Part shown: in pieces, positions 63,197 through 64,000 of the stretch
How positions within the stretch are numbered: the stretch's first letter is position 1
Layout: every line of letters starts with the position of its first letter
DNA from: a virus
Taxonomy: Duplodnaviria > Caudoviricetes
Reading direction: 5' to 3' (one strand)
DNA length: 64,000 bases
Virus record (IMG/VR): IMGVR_UViG_3300033414_000001
Location: 1-64,000 of that record
Made by a program: the position numbers and the translations under genes
Notes under the pieces: generated by a model
Seen by the model: the letters and a program-made list of their open reading frames with translations, nothing else
What the model was told of the DNA's origin: nothing
Database searches by the model: none

Positions 63197-63951
63197 GGCT
63201 TGAGCGTCCAACCGCCCGGAGGAGGGCACCGCGCGGCCTCCACGGTAGTGAGATGGGCGTGGAGCGGAGCGCGGCAGACGCGCTCGCACGTGTGCGTGTG
63301 GGTCTCGCCTTCTCGTGGGCGCTCCAGGATAGGGCCGCCGCAATAGGCACAATCGCCAAGCTTGGCGGGCTCCTTCTCCCTGCGCTCTCTCTCGGCGAGC
63401 ATGGCGGTGGCGCAGTCGTAGGCCGTCACCGGAACGTTGAGAGTCTGGAAGTTCGGATCCGCGCACAACCCTTGCATCGCCATCGCGGCGAGCTGATGCA
63501 GCGACGGAGGAGGCTCTGGGAGGCGGCGATCGGGATGCTCGGAACACCACCAGTCCTCGGCGTGGTGGCCTCCGCGCGCCCCTCGGCATTCCCCATCCGG
63601 CTTCTCGCCGGAGACTTGATGCCGCTCGCGGACCCACCATGGACACGTCGAACATGTCGCGGGCACGCTCACGCCTTCACCCCTTTCCCGGATCGGATGC
63701 CTTTGAAGGATCTTTTCCTGCGCCTGATCTCTCGCGATGGCCTGCTCCAGGGTCTCGCCCGGGAGCATTCGGACGGGAGTTACCTCGGGGCACTGGGCAG
63801 CCAACGCCTCGACCCAGAGGACCGACTCGTCCGGCGCGTTACCGGTCCGCATCGCGTGCGCGATCTCGCGACATGCCGCCGTCCAGCCGGCCTTGACGCC
63901 GGCCGCAATGGCACCCTCAATCGCCTTCCGCTGCTTGGCTTCGTCGTTCAT
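63193..63951 (-). CDS. Mosaic hypothetical protein with Cys clusters
   Basis: CSTCPWW...GECR...WWCSEH; AAMAMQGL; CAYCG. Confidence 0.6.
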   Translation of the reverse strand: MNDEAKQRKAIEGAIAAGVKAGWTAACREIAHAMRTGNAPDESVLWVEALAAQCPEVTPVRMLPGETLEQAIARDQAQEKILQRHPIRERGEGVSVPATCSTCPWWVRERHQVSGEKPDGECRGARGGHHAEDWWCSEHPDRRLPEPPPSLHQLAAMAMQGLCADPNFQTLNVPVTAYDCATAMLAERERREKEPAKLGDCAYCGGPILERPREGETHTHTCERVCRAPLHAHLTTVEAARCPPPGGWTLKP

Positions 63952-64000
63952 GGTCAGCCGATCCCTTCCTCGATTGCGATCCCCGCCTCTCCCTCTCGAA

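Overview
This is a very GC-rich (about 70% by eye) 64 kb stretch of one tailed-phage or prophage genome with a contractile tail. The host is probably a Gram-negative bacterium (spanin pair, lipoproteins, MshEN-like protein); Myxococcota-like is only a guess. Layout: 0.3-6.9 kb is a leftward early cassette of small genes driven by a repeated, near-consensus sigma70 promoter. 7.1-15.4 kb is the packaging region. 15.5-16.9 kb is an IS1-family remnant. 17.6-34.8 kb holds portal, accessory virion, head and neck genes. 35.7-49.1 kb holds sheath, tube, tape measure, baseplate and fibre. 49.1-51.7 kb is lysis. 51.7-64 kb is a leftward accessory/regulatory arm (MoxR-vWA pair, Gp37/Gp68-like, RyR-domain, XRE HTH). 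The standout is a complete type IV-B-like CRISPR-Cas effector operon (csf1-cas11-csf2-csf3-cysH) that unusually also has cas6. I found no CRISPR array by eye, and the operon sits between the candidate small terminase gene and terL. Other notable items: a 22-aa Gly/Lys micro-ORF with a perfect Shine-Dalgarno at the cysH start, a type II hammerhead ribozyme between early genes, a 71-nt tRNA-Ala/tmRNA-like mini RNA inside the IS remnant, a hairpin-dense ~0.5 kb non-coding block after the major capsid gene, and a 33-bp IS1-like inverted repeat joining two truncated genes. No integrase, helicase, primase or polymerase was recognised in the window. All family assignments come from motifs read by eye; no database searches were run.
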